Assembly (NCBI GenBank): GCA_963815795.1
Contig: CAWFIC010000012.1
Coordinates: 13,304-77,303, forward strand
Source: an uncultured Planctomycetota bacterium
Lineage (GTDB): Bacteria; Planctomycetota; Planctomycetia; Isosphaerales; Isosphaeraceae
Length of the DNA stretch: 64,000 nucleotides
Reading direction: 5' to 3'
A program made the translations under genes and the position numbers. Shown here in pieces: positions 21,061-31,600 of this stretch (position 1 is its first letter; each line of letters begins with the position of its first letter). The notes under the pieces were generated by a model that worked only from the letters and a program-made list of their open reading frames with translations, was not told the DNA's origin and searched no databases.

Positions 21061-21756
21061 CCGAGCATGGTACGAAATCCGATGGGAAAGTCAAGAGTCT
21101 CGTTCAAAAAAATTCGCAAAATCCAAGAAATCGCCTGCGACCTCGTCGCCCCGGTCATCCATCGCGACCGGCATCCTGCAGAGACCCTGCTTCCTTCTGT
21201 CTCGTTAACAAATGTCCACTTAAGTCATGTGGATGGGCCCGTAGATCGGGTCCCGAACGCTCCATGTGCTTTCGGGAATGACTTCTATTGCATCGGATTT
21301 TGGTGAAGGACCGTCGGAATCTTAGTCGCTTGCTCGACGGCGGGCAAGATTAGCCCATCACGGCGATCCGGGCCCTGTTCGAGTCGCGGAGCGAAAGGGA
21401 CCGCCCATGGGGGACGGTTAACCCACGTCCTGCGCGCCGGTCATCGTAGCGACGTCAGTTCGGCGTCGGAAGGGTGGGCGGGCGAGTCTGAGGAGAGGCC
21501 CAGGACGCCCCGGGCCGGTTGGTGGCAGCCGGCGGTTCGCTGGTGTCCCGGGGCGTAGCAGCCAGGGGAAGGGGGAGGCGTTCCCATCGGAGTGGAACTC
21601 GCACCACTTCGATCCCATACCGGATGAACCGGACACAATTCTTCATGACCGTGACTATCAGGCTCTCGAGCGGGCCGAATGCCGCCCTCTGGTTCGAACT
21701 CGGCGCGTGCCGCCTCGTTCCGATCGCTGGCCTCGATGCCTACCCGGGACAGACTC

Positions 21757-22467
21757 TCAGTCCGCTTCAAACACGCGGACCAAGGTCACGGCGATTTGGC
21801 CGCCGAAGCAGACGTTAACGTCGCCGCGCGGCCGTCGGGCGCGCGAGTGGTAGTGGCCGGTGTAAACCGCTTTGCCCTCATCGACGCGATACTTCAGCGG
21901 CAAGGGGGAGGGATCCAAGGGGCAGAAGACGATGTGGGGATCGGGATCGGCCGGGCCGGGGTGGGGGAAATTGACGTTCCAGAACGCGCCCGGGCCCGGC
22001 GAGATGGCCAGCAACCGCTGCAAGACCTTGGCGGCCCACCGCGCCGCGCGGGGCCAGTCGATGACCCGCCCGGCGGCGATGTAGTGCGACAGCGCGATTC
22101 CCGGCACGCCGTGGAGCACCCCCTCCCGGACGGCGGCGACCGTCCCCGAATGGTAGACGTCCGCGCCCAGGTTGCCGCCGGCGTTGATGCCCGAGAGGAC
22201 CCAATCCACCCCCGGCGTCAGGTGATCGAGCGCCAGCCGGACGCAATCGGCCGGAGTCCCATCCACGGCGACGCGATCCTCGCCCAGCGGCGTGATCGCG
22301 ATGGGCGCCCCGGTCGTCACCCGGTGTCCGCAGCCCGAGAGCGGGCCGGTCGGCGCGACCAGCCGGCAACGTCCCAGACCTTCCGCCGCCTGCCACAGCG
22401 CGGCCAGGCCGGGCGCGTCCCAGCCGTCGTCGTTGGTCAGGAGCAGGGTCGTCTCGGGGGAACTCAA
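21757..22467 (-). CDS. surE: 5'/3'-nucleotidase SurE
   Basis: LLLTNDDGWDAPGLAAL...SGINAGGNLGADVYHSGTVAAVREG. ORF 21757..22596 was trimmed to the TTG at 22467 (MSSPETTLLLTNDDG). The start is uncertain. Confidence 0.85.
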   Translation of the reverse strand: MSSPETTLLLTNDDGWDAPGLAALWQAAEGLGRCRLVAPTGPLSGCGHRVTTGAPIAITPLGEDRVAVDGTPADCVRLALDHLTPGVDWVLSGINAGGNLGADVYHSGTVAAVREGVLHGVPGIALSHYIAAGRVIDWPRAARWAAKVLQRLLAISPGPGAFWNVNFPHPGPADPDPHIVFCPLDPSPLPLKYRVDEGKAVYTGHYHSRARRPRGDVNVCFGGQIAVTLVRVFEAD

Positions 22468-22713
22468 CGTTGCCGATCCTCGGGACGGGACGCGACCTGT
22501 CCGCTGAAACCCGGCCGTCACCGCCGTCTGGCCCTCGGCATCCTCCGGCTGTCCTCGTCCTGGTTGGATTGTGGGCGCGACCTGGGGGAAAGTCAAAATC
22601 GACCCGACCGTCGCACGCGGAACTCGACTCTGTAGTCAATCCCCGCCCGCCGTGATAAGGTGTTTGGGCGCATTTTGTGCGAGGGATTCGTGAAGGTCGT
22701 GCGGGGCAGTCTG

Positions 22714-23460
22714 ATGGCGGGATTCTTCCAGTTGAGCGGGCAGGTCGCGCTGGTGACGGGCGGCGGCCGCGGGATCGGCGCCGGGATCGCCCGGCGGCTG
22801 CATGCCGCCGGCGCCCGGATCGCCGTGTTCGACCGCGAGGCGGCACCGGCCCGCTCGGTCGCCGCCGAACTCGACGGTCTCGACTTAGTCGGCGACGTCC
22901 GCGCCGAGGAACAGGTCGCGGCGGCCGTCGAAGCGGCCGAGGCTCGGCTCGGGCCGCTGTCGATCCTGGTCAACAACGCCGGGATCACCGGCCGGACCGA
23001 CCAGAGCTGGAACCTCGGCGCCGACGAGGTGCGCGAGGTCTTCGACGTGAACGTGATCGGCCCGTTCCTGTTCTGCAAGGCCGCGGTCCCCCGGATGCTG
23101 GCCCGCGGCTACGGGCGGATCGTCAACGTGGCCTCGATCGCCGGCAAGGAGGGGAACCCGACCCTTATGCCGTATTCGGCCTCGAAAGCGGCGGTCATCG
23201 CCATGACCAAGTCCCTGGCCAAGGAGCTGGCCGGCAAGGGGGATATCACGGTCAACGCGATCTCACCGGCCGTCATCCGCACCGACATCCTCGACGGCGT
23301 CGCGCCGGCCACGGTCGAGTACATGATCTCCAGGATCCCGATGGGCCGGACCGGGACCATCGACGAGGTCGCCGCGCTGGTCCATTACCTGGCCAGCCCG
23401 GAGGCCAGCTTCACGACCGGCCAGTGCTACGACATCAGCGGCGGCCGCGCCACGTATTGA
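22714..23460 (+). CDS. short-chain dehydrogenase/reductase (FabG-like)
   Basis: MAGFFQLSGQVALVTGGGRGIGAGIA, NNAGI, and YSASKAAVIAMTKSLA (YxxxK). Confidence 0.85.
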   Translation: MAGFFQLSGQVALVTGGGRGIGAGIARRLHAAGARIAVFDREAAPARSVAAELDGLDLVGDVRAEEQVAAAVEAAEARLGPLSILVNNAGITGRTDQSWNLGADEVREVFDVNVIGPFLFCKAAVPRMLARGYGRIVNVASIAGKEGNPTLMPYSASKAAVIAMTKSLAKELAGKGDITVNAISPAVIRTDILDGVAPATVEYMISRIPMGRTGTIDEVAALVHYLASPEASFTTGQCYDISGGRATY

Positions 23461-23510
23461 TCGGATCGGACGGACCTGTCGGCCGTGACCCGACCGCGAC
23501 GGAACGACGC

Positions 23511-24068
23511 ATGGACACACCCCATCGATCCAGCCCCCAGTGGTACAACCCGGATGAGCGCGACGATCCCGCCGCGCAGGGGGACCCCCGCGGCCAGGAT
23601 CCGGATGCCTGGGTCCAGCCCCAGGTACAGCCGCGCCCACAGCCGGCGGCCCGGCCGGCCGAGCCACGGCCGTTCGAGCCCCCCGTCTCGGCGCTCGGCC
23701 CGCTGTTCCGGTACCGGCTGGAGCGGATCTACGCCTGCCGGATCGCCTTCTCCATCGACATCAACACGCGGCCGACGACCCACGTGCTGGGCGGTTACTA
23801 CAAGTTGCGCCGGCTGGTCCGCGTGTATTCGCACGACCGCAAGGACGGCCGGCGCTCGTTGCACGAGCTGTTCGACACCTTCCTGCACGAGGTCGCGCAC
23901 CACATCGAGTACACCGAGCCGCAGTCGTTCGACTCGCGGTTCTGCCGGCGGGTCGCGGGGCGGATGCACAGCCGGCTGTTCTGGCGGATCCTCGGCGAGC
24001 TGAAGTTCCGCTGGGCCGAGCTGCTGGCGCGGAGCCGGCTCGAGAATGAGGCGCGATCGGGCCGCTGA
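23511..24068 (+). CDS. HExxH zinc-metallopeptidase-like protein (SprT-like/DUF45-like)
   Basis: Last 185 codons of the frame of ORF 22677..24068, from the ATG at 23511. Pro/Gln-rich N-terminus, then ...LVRVYSHDRKDGRRSLHELFDTFLHEVAHHIEY.... Confidence 0.55.
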   Translation: MDTPHRSSPQWYNPDERDDPAAQGDPRGQDPDAWVQPQVQPRPQPAARPAEPRPFEPPVSALGPLFRYRLERIYACRIAFSIDINTRPTTHVLGGYYKLRRLVRVYSHDRKDGRRSLHELFDTFLHEVAHHIEYTEPQSFDSRFCRRVAGRMHSRLFWRILGELKFRWAELLARSRLENEARSGR

Positions 24069-24152
24069 GCCCGAGAGGGCGAGGCCCGGCGATGGAAGCT
24101 CGTGCTTTCCTGGGCACGGACCCATGTGGTGAGCGGGCACGGTTCGGCCGCA
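23750..24152 (+). repeat. direct repeat copy 1 (3' third of the HExxH gene plus about 85 nt downstream)
   Basis: Hand alignment with 24945-25345. The 5' part is diverged. A tract of about 148 nt from ttcgactcgcggttctgccgg to gggccgctgagccc is identical in both copies. Confidence 0.85.
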
Positions 24153-24357
24153 ACACTCGTTCCGTCCGCTTCCTTCACCCGTCCCGCTCGATCAGGGCTG
24201 GCATCGTCCCGAAGGGTCCCGACCGGCCGAGAGTACGCCTTGACGATCGCGCGGCGATCCGCGCCAATAAGGCCGGAGATATCATGTCGCCCCGATGGTC
24301 CTTGACGACAACCTCCGAGCCCAAAGCACGGGACCGGCTTGGAGAGGAGGTTCAGCT

Positions 24358-24600
24358 ATGGAGATCTTGACGGTCGGCCCAGCCGGTCAGATCGAGCTAC
24401 CCGACGAGGTCCGCAATCGCTACGGCATGGCACCGGCCACTCCGATCCGGATCATCGAGACCCGCGGCGGCGTCCTGCTCATCCCTTTGGGCAACACTTC
24501 AATGAGCCCTGAGCTCGCCGAAGAGCTGGCCCAGTGGCAGGCACTGGGCGCGGAGAGTTGGGAGATGTTCCCCTTCGATGAGGAAGGCGAGCCGTCATGA
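24358..24600 (+). CDS. mazE: AbrB/SpoVT(MazE)-type antitoxin
   Basis: MEILTVGPAGQIELPDEVRNRYGMAPATPIRIIETRGGVLLIPL with an acidic tail. RBS ggagaggagg lies 7 nt upstream. There is a 4-nt overlap with the toxin gene. Confidence 0.75.
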   Translation: MEILTVGPAGQIELPDEVRNRYGMAPATPIRIIETRGGVLLIPLGNTSMSPELAEELAQWQALGAESWEMFPFDEEGEPS

Positions 24601-24956
24601 ATGTCGGGGATGTCCACTGGGTCGAGTTCCCTCCTGGCGGCGGCCATGCTCAGGCGGGACGCCGGCCCGCGATCGTCCTCCAGGACGCAACTGCGACAGA
24701 GCACCTCCCGACGATCTTGATGGTCCCGTTGACCACCCAGCTCTCCGCCCTCCGGTTCCCGGGGACCGTCCTGGTCGATGTCGATCAAGAGAATGGTTTG
24801 CAACGACCTTCCGTCGCCCTGGTTTTTCAGCTCACCGTCGTGGACCGGCGATTCCTGGGATCGAGGATGGGCCGGATCTCGGATGCCGTCCTGGCGGAGA
24901 TCTGGAATGCACTCGATCGGCTGACCGGACGGGATGGTGATTCGACCGTCGATTGA
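24597..24956 (+). CDS. mazF: MazF/PemK-family endoribonuclease toxin
   Basis: MNVGDVHWVEFPPGGGHAQAGRRPAIVLQD...ILMVPLTTQLSALRFPGTVLV...SVALVFQLTVVDRRFL. Confidence 0.85.
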   Translation: MNVGDVHWVEFPPGGGHAQAGRRPAIVLQDATATEHLPTILMVPLTTQLSALRFPGTVLVDVDQENGLQRPSVALVFQLTVVDRRFLGSRMGRISDAVLAEIWNALDRLTGRDGDSTVD

Positions 24957-25260
24957 CACGCGGCCGATGACCCACGTGCTGGGCGGTTGCGACAAGTCCC
25001 GTCGGTTGGTCCGCGTCTACTCGCACGACCGCAAGGACGGCCGCCGTCTCCTGCACGAGCTGTTCGACACGTTCCTCCACGAGGTCGCGCACCACATCGA
25101 GTACACCGAGCCGCGGTCGTTCGACTCGCGGTTCTGCCGGCGGGTCGCGGGGCGGATGCACAGCCGGCTGTTCTGGCGGATCCTCGGCGAGCTGAAGTTC
25201 CGCTGGGCCGAGCTGCTGGCGCGGAGCCGGCTCGAGAATGAGGCGCGATCGGGCCGCTGA
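24934..25260 (+). pseudogene. displaced 3' fragment (108 codons) of the HExxH gene
   Basis: ...TRPMTHVLGGCDKSRRLVRVYSHDRKDGRRLLHELFDTFLHEVAHHIEYTEPRSFDSRFCRRVAGRMHSRLFWRILGELKFRWAELLARSRLENEARSGR. It has no N-terminal half and overlaps the mazF 3' end. Confidence 0.7.
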
Positions 25261-25345
25261 GCCCGGGAGGGCGAGGCCCGGCGAAGGAGGCTCGTGCGGT
25301 CCCGGGCATGGTCCCGTGTGGCGACCGGGCCCGGTCCGGCCGCAG
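24945..25345 (+). repeat. direct repeat copy 2
   Basis: See the feature at 23750-24152. Confidence 0.85.
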
Positions 25346-25504
25346 ATTCGACCCGACCCGTTTCCGGTCCCCGCTGAAGTGATCTCGGGGATGGTGGAAC
25401 GGGATTCGGACGGGAGCAGGCCGACGATTTGCGTCAGCTGGATCGATAGCCGCAGAATCACCTCGCTCAGCCTGACTTCCGCAGCGTACGAGGGCGGTAC
25501 ACTG

Positions 25505-25552
25505 GTTTCACATGGATGTGAAACACGGCCCGACAGTGGGAGCTGTCGGGCC
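25505..25552 (+). promoter_or_regulatory. operator-like palindrome followed by a GC hairpin
   Basis: gtttcacat-gg-atgtgaaac (25505-25524; perfect 9-bp arms). Then ggcccgacag-tgggag-ctgtcgggcc (25527-25552; 10-bp stem). Confidence 0.25.
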
Positions 25553-25611
25553 GAGTTCGAGGTACTGCCCTCTGCGTGTGAGGGGCACGACCGCCCCTGA
25601 GGAGAAGAGCC

Positions 25612-25815
25612 ATGAAAGGCTCAACTCTTGCCCCGGCAGTCGGACTGGCGTTCCTGTTCGTCCATGGCATCCTCGTGCTCTGCCCGCTAACGGAGAGCGT
25701 GTCCCATAAGGGTCACGTCTTCGCGTTCGCGGCGGAGTGCGCCTGGGTGCTGTGGGAAAACAGGGGTGTTATCCACCGCCTGGGGGCCGCGCAGCGCTCC
25801 GGAGCGAGCGAATAG
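25612..25815 (+). CDS. possible small hydrophobic protein (67 aa)
   Basis: ORF with gaggag 8 nt upstream of the ATG and a hydrophobic N-terminal half (LAPAVGLAFLFVHGILVLCPL). No homology recognised. Confidence 0.25.
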   Translation: MKGSTLAPAVGLAFLFVHGILVLCPLTESVSHKGHVFAFAAECAWVLWENRGVIHRLGAAQRSGASE

Positions 25816-25978
25816 CGGCGGCACGGCCGGGGTGGTGAGGGTCATCCTCATCCCCCGGTCGTTGCTCGCGGCCACACCTTATCATGCCGCTGCTCGCTGG
25901 GCAAGAGAAGGATGCCCGTGTTGGCCTGTCGGCACTTCGGGCCCGTCGGCGGTGGGCCGAGGCCGGCCGCGGATCGGC

Positions 25979-28490
25979 TTACTTCCTGGAGAGGACCCGG
26001 TCGAGCTCGGCGGGAATCTCCAGGTTCATGGCGGATAGTCTGAGTCTCAGCTCCTCGACAAGGCCGTAGTTGAACTGATGCGCGTCCGGAGCGTGCCAGA
26101 GGATGTAACGTTCCTTGTGCTGGAAGTCGAGGTGGACGACCGCGATGCTCGCGTCCTGGTAGATCCAGACGGCGATCACCGTCCGCGAGGCGGAGTCCCT
26201 TCCGAGAGCCAAAGGCGTGAACATCTCGATCTGCTTTCCCGCCTGCATACCCTGCAAGACCGCCCGAACGGCCGACTTGCCCGCGGCCCGTCGGAACGAC
26301 CGCGAGCTCGTACGGTCCCGACGGGGATGGTCCGGTGAAGCACGACCGGGCTGCGCGGAGGTGCCCTGCGCGTCCATCGCCTCTTCCCACAGGTTGCGGA
26401 GGCTATTCTGGGCGAACAGGAACGGGTCGGCCGGGGAGAGAGGGACCATCACCTTGACGCGCGGGGCCTCGTCGTCGCTCGGCAGCTCCTCTCGGGGGAT
26501 CGTGCTGCCCACCCAGAACGGACGCCGCTCGGCAGTCCTTCGGGCCTCGGCGGGGCTCGCCTCGTCCTCGTCCTCGTCGAGCCGGGGGTCTTCCACGAAC
26601 GCGGAGAGGTCCTCGTCGAGCTGCTCGGCGACCTCCAGCGGGATGGCGATGACCATCATCCGGTCGAGCCGGACGCCCGCCACCGGGACGTGGAGCAGCT
26701 TGCCGACGACGTAGTCCCAGATCGCTTCGAGCCGGGGCCGAAACGTGCGCTGCCAGTGGGCATGCTCGATCAGGGGGTAGACGACCTCGGGCCAGAGGTC
26801 GGCGCTGATCCCATCGAGGTGGTCGGATCGCGTGGCGTAGCGGAGGACCGCCTGGCGGAAGTCGCCCTCCTGGCGCCAGACTTCCGCGACGCGGTTCCAG
26901 AGGGACACGCGGTGGGCGTCCAGCGTGTCGCGGGGCGGGGCGATCATCGCCAGATCGTCGAGGGTCCGGGGCATCAGGCCGGGGTTGAGCACGCCTTTGG
27001 CGTCGAGCATCGCCTTGCGCGCGTAGGCGCTGGCGTCCTTGAGCCGCCCGCGGACCTCGCGGAATCGCCTGCGCTTGCCGAACGTATCCCGGCTGGCCAG
27101 GTACTTGATCACCACGACGGGGCTGAGCGCGGCGCGGACGTCGGGGCGGTCTTCGAGCAGTGCGCCGGCGCGCTCGATCGCCTCGTCGGTCGGCTCGACG
27201 CACGACAGCCAGGTCATCGCCAGCAGGAGCCGCGCGCGGTCGGCGTTCCTCGCGTCGAGCGGTCGTCGGAGGAAGATCCCCTGCCGCCGCGAGCCGCCCA
27301 GGAGGTACGCCAGGTAGTGACCGCAGAGATAGCGCTCGTCCGGCGAGATGACGATCGGCGTCTCGAGGATCTTCTCGAGCATCTCGCGGGCGACCGGGTG
27401 GCCGTGCGAGCCCGACGCCGTTGCGCGGCCGGTTCCGGCCGGCTCGAGAGGGTCCTTGGAGGGGGACGGCGGGGCCCCGTTGGCGTCCGGGTGCCGGGGA
27501 AGCGCCGAGGGGGGTGGCTCCGTCGCTGACATCACGATGGGTCCGGGGTCAACCCGCCCCGTCCCGTTCGCCGGGGTCCGCTCGGCTTTCCGGTCGCCCA
27601 CGGTCAGCGTGCGCGACGGCGGCGGGACGACCGGGCTCCGCGGGTCCGATCGCCTGAGTCCGGGGTTGATTCGCTCGAGCCGCCGCGCGCGCTCGGCTTC
27701 CTCGAAGAGCGCGAGTGCCACCAGCTTGGCCGAAGCCGGCCGCTTGGCCGGCTTCTTCTCCAGGAGCGAGAGGATCAAGCTCTCCAGCGTCGACCAGATC
27801 TCGGGGTTCTTGAACCGGGGGGCCGGAGGCGCGGCGTTGATGTGCTGGCCGATCACGGATATCAGCATGGCCGACGAACGGGACGTCGCCCGTCGCGCAT
27901 TCGTAGACCATCACACCCACGGAATACAGGTCGGTGCGATGGTCGAGCGACTTGCCCTGGGCCTGCTCCGGGCTCATGTAGCGAGGGGTGCCCCGGATCG
28001 TCCCGCTCGGGTCCCTTCGGTCGTCGGTGACGACCGACAGGCCGAAGTCGGAGAGCTTCGCGTCGTCGCTCGGCGTGAGCAAGACGTTGCCCGGTTTGAC
28101 GTCGCGGTGGATCACCCCCTGGACGTGTGCGTAATCGAGCGCCTCCGCCACCTGTCCGCAGATCCGCAGCCGATCGGCCAGGAGCAGGTCTCGCCATCGA
28201 GTCGAGAAGCTCGGCCCGTTCACCTCCTCCATGACCAGGAAGCAAGTCCCTTCCGACTCGCCGAAGTCGTACAGCCGCACGATCTTGTCGTGGACCAGCC
28301 TGGCGAGGATCTGGGCCTCGAGGCGGATCTTCTCGGCGTCCTCATCGGTGCCGGAATCCTTCAGCAATTTGATGGCCACGTTCCGCCCGAGCAACTGGTC
28401 GGTCGCCCGGTAGACGGTGCCCATGCCGCCCTGGCCGAGTTCCATGTCCAGGGTGAATCGCTCGTTGAGCGTCGCGCCTACGCCGATCAT
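25979..28490 (-). CDS. Ser/Thr protein kinase with a long uncharacterised C-terminal domain; frame break near 27869-27873
   Basis: ORF 27549..28490 has GQGGMGTVYRA, VAIKLL, HRDVKPGNVLL, DFGLS, GTPRYMSPEQ and ends ...GDVPFVG. ORF 25979..27868 resumes MLISVIGQHINAAPPAPR (subdomains X-XI). That is a 1-nt shift. Confidence 0.8.
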
Positions 28491-28552
28491 CCGATTATCC
28501 GATCTCTCCCTCGAGAGCAGAAAAAGACGGCAAGAGCGGAAATGGCTTCAGG

Positions 28553-28600
28553 AACTGATCGCCAACAGGATAACCTGAAGTCCTTCACTTTTTGAAGTGG
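28553..28600. repeat. 48-nt conserved element, copy 1 (overlaps the stop of the 1338-aa gene)
   Basis: aactgatcgccaacaggataacctgaagtccttcactttttgaagtgg compared with 36386-36433 aactgaccgccaagaggataacctgaagtccttcactttttgaagcgg. Confidence 0.8.
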
Positions 28601-31600
28601 GCTCCCGATGTCTCGCGGAAGACCAAAGTGGCAATCCTGAGTCCGCGGGCTGGGCGCCGAGCCGGGTAACTGGTGGAGGTAACCTGCACAACGCCGGTTT
28701 GAAGCGATGGCGTCAACGCCGAACCCCCAGGTTTCGAAACGCGCGTCACGAGGCGGGCCAGGGCGGCCGACCCGCTGGCTGACACCGATGCCGTCGAACT
28801 GCTCGCCTGGAAGTCGGCGTCTCCCCCGTAGAGTATCGTGACGGACTTCTTCAGCACCGACTTGGGCTTGACCGCCAGCGTCGCCGAGCCGCCGCTCAAC
28901 GCGACCGTCCCCAGCACTTGCTCGGTCACCTTCTTCCTCGTCTTCTTCTGGACCTCGAAGGTCACCGCGCCGGTGGGCACCCCCGCACCGGGGGCGATGG
29001 GCTGCACCTCGGCCTTCAGGCCCAGGGACACCAGCTTGTGCTTCTTCTTGAACACCGGCTCCGGGACCAGTACGATCTCGGTCGCGGCCCGGGAGGCCGA
29101 CGCCGTGATGGAGAACATGACCGGCGACGACAGGACCGCGGTGTAGTCGGCACTGCCGGGGAACGCGGCCACGACGGTATAGGCCCCGGGCTGCATCGGA
29201 GGGGCCGAGCCCAGGGCGGTCCCGGACGTGCCCGAGCCGACGTAATAGGTCAGGACCGGGGAGACATCCTCCAGGCTGGCGGCGGGCCTGCCGTTGTTGC
29301 CCGCGCCGGCGATCGTGACCGAGGCCGGGAACGGGCTGCCGTCGAACGCGCCGCCGGGCGCCGACACCGAGAGCGTCGGCGTGGCCCGGGTCACCGTCAG
29401 CGTCCCGGGCACGTCGGTGATCGCGTAGTTGGGATCCACGGCGCCGGTGGCCATGATCGAGTAACCGCCGGACACCACCGGGCTCGACGCGGTCGCGGTC
29501 GTCGTCAGCGTCGGCGGGGTGGTGAGGCGCGCCGCCGTGTCGCCGTTGACGAAGCCGCTGTAGGTCGCCTGGAAGGCCGGCAGCGCCGCGCCGTAGACCT
29601 TCGTGGCGTCGGCCGCGGTGATCGTCAGCGGAGCCGGCGTGACCATGAGCGTGCCCGGCGCGTAGGTGATCGTGTAGTTGCCATCGACGGCGCCGGACAC
29701 CGTGATCGCATACCCGCCGGCCGCGACCGGGCTCGAGGCGGTGGCGTTCGTCGAGAGCGTCGGCGGCGTCGTGAGGCTGGCGGACGTCTCGCCGGCGACC
29801 AGGCCGTGGTAGCTGGCCGTCAGCGTCGGCAGCGTCGCGCCGTAGACCTTGCTCAGGTCGTTGGCGGTGATGGTCAGCGCCGCGGGGGAGATGGTGCCGG
29901 AGGCGGCCTGAGTGGTGACGGTGTAGTCCTTGCCGCCGTCGCCGTCGTTGACGGCATAGCCGGTGACCTCGAGCGTGCTGCCGCCGGCCCCCAGCACGTC
30001 CTCCGAGGCGAACGCCTGGGTCAGGCCCGTCACGGTATCCGAGCGGTAGAGCGTTCCGTACGTCGGTGCCTGGGACGAGGCGGTGGTCCCGTCGTAGACC
30101 TTGCTGTCGCTGGTCGCCGTGATCGTCAGTGCGGCCGGGGTGATCGCGCCGGTCGACACCGGCACGAACGTGTACGTGTAATTGCCCCCGTCGTTGCCGT
30201 CGACGACGGCTCCATTGGGCGTCAGCGTCAGGCCCGTGCCCACGTTCTTGGTGCCGAAGCGCTCGGTGAAGTTGGCCGTGTCGCCCGCGGCCAGGCTGCC
30301 CGAGGCGATCGTGGGGACCGCCGTCGCGCCGGTCGTGCCGTCGTAGACCTTCGTGTCGCTGGTCGCGGTGATCGTCAATGCCTCCGGGTTGACCGTCAGT
30401 TGGCTCGAGCCGTCGGCCGCCAGGAAAATGCCGTCGCCCGCGTAGGCGTAGGTGACATCGTAGGCCAACGGACGCGCATTCAGCACCACGTTTGCGCGGC
30501 TGAATGAGATCGAGAAAGAACCGTCGGAGGCGATCGTAGCGTTCTGGGTGACACCGTCGACCGTGACGGCGACTTCTTCTCCGACCGGGACCAGTGGACC
30601 GGCCGCGAGCGTGCCGGTGAACGTGACCGTGCTCCCGTACGTGACCGTCTCCTCGGTCAGCCCCGAGAAGTTCGGCTGGGGGATCGGGACGCCGTATTCT
30701 GTGATGCTGTTGGGGTTGTTCGGCGAGAACTCGGCGATCCGACCGCCGTTCGATTCGGTGAACCAGATATTCCCGCTCGTGTCGACCGCCATCGCCAGGG
30801 GAGCGGCGCCCGCCGTCGGCACGGCGGACTCGTCGATGGCCTTGGTTGTGGGGTCGATCGTCCCCACGTTGTTCGCGGCCTCCTCGGTGAACCACAGGTT
30901 TCCGGCCGCCGGATCCGACACGATCTGAGAGAGGCCGGCATTGGCCGTCGGAACGCTGTATTCACCGATCATCGCGCCGGTCGTCGGGTTCATCGCGCCG
31001 ATCTTGTTGGTGCCGGTCAAGGTGAACCAGAGGTTCTTATCGGGCCCGATGGCGATGCTCTCGGCCTGGTCGTTGCCCGAGGAGTCGATGGGGTATTCCT
31101 GGATATGGTGTGTCGTCGGGTTGATACTGCCGATCCGGTTCGCCCCCGCCTCGGTGAACCAGATGGTGCCGTCCGGAGCTTCCACGATCCCGTACGGGTC
31201 GGCGCCCGGGGTGGTCAGAGGGAACTCGGTGATCGCGTCGGTGTCCGTGTCGATCACACCGATCCGGTCCGTGTTGGACTCGGTGAACCAGATCGTCCCG
31301 CCCGGCCCGGGTGTGATCCCGTCGACCTGCGTGTTGGCGGTGCTGAGCGGGGGAGTCTCGGTGATGTGACCGGTGGTCGGCTCGATGGCGCCGAACTTGT
31401 CGGCTGATTGCTCGAAGAACCAGTACTCGGGGGCGGAATGTCCACCCGTGCCGGAGAGGGGCACCAGGTCGTCGAGGCCCGGCAGGACGCTCGTGAGGGC
31501 CGTCAGTTGCCCGGTGGTGATGTCGTACTGGTAGATCTTGTCGCCGAGAGAAGCCACGTAAACGTTGCCCTCGCCATCGGACTCGAGCCCGTCGGGGCGG

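Noticed and set aside
21061-21330. A sigma-54 promoter upstream of the PEP-CTERM gene. This would have linked it to the NtrC-type regulator at the window start.
   Set aside because: No TGGCAC-N5-TTGC-like element was found on the minus strand in the AT-richer upstream region. Only a weak 5-bp dyad (tccac-N9-gtgga) is present.
21640-21720. A tRNA gene, suggested by a ggttcgaac T-loop-like string near 21690 (and gttcgagtc near 21385).
   Set aside because: Flanking bases do not form T-stem or acceptor-stem pairing when folded by hand. No tRNA or rRNA was recognised anywhere in the window.
24069-24357. An integrase or recombinase associated with the mazEF insertion.
   Set aside because: There is no ORF with recombinase motifs between or next to the direct repeats. 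The spacer is short and non-coding.
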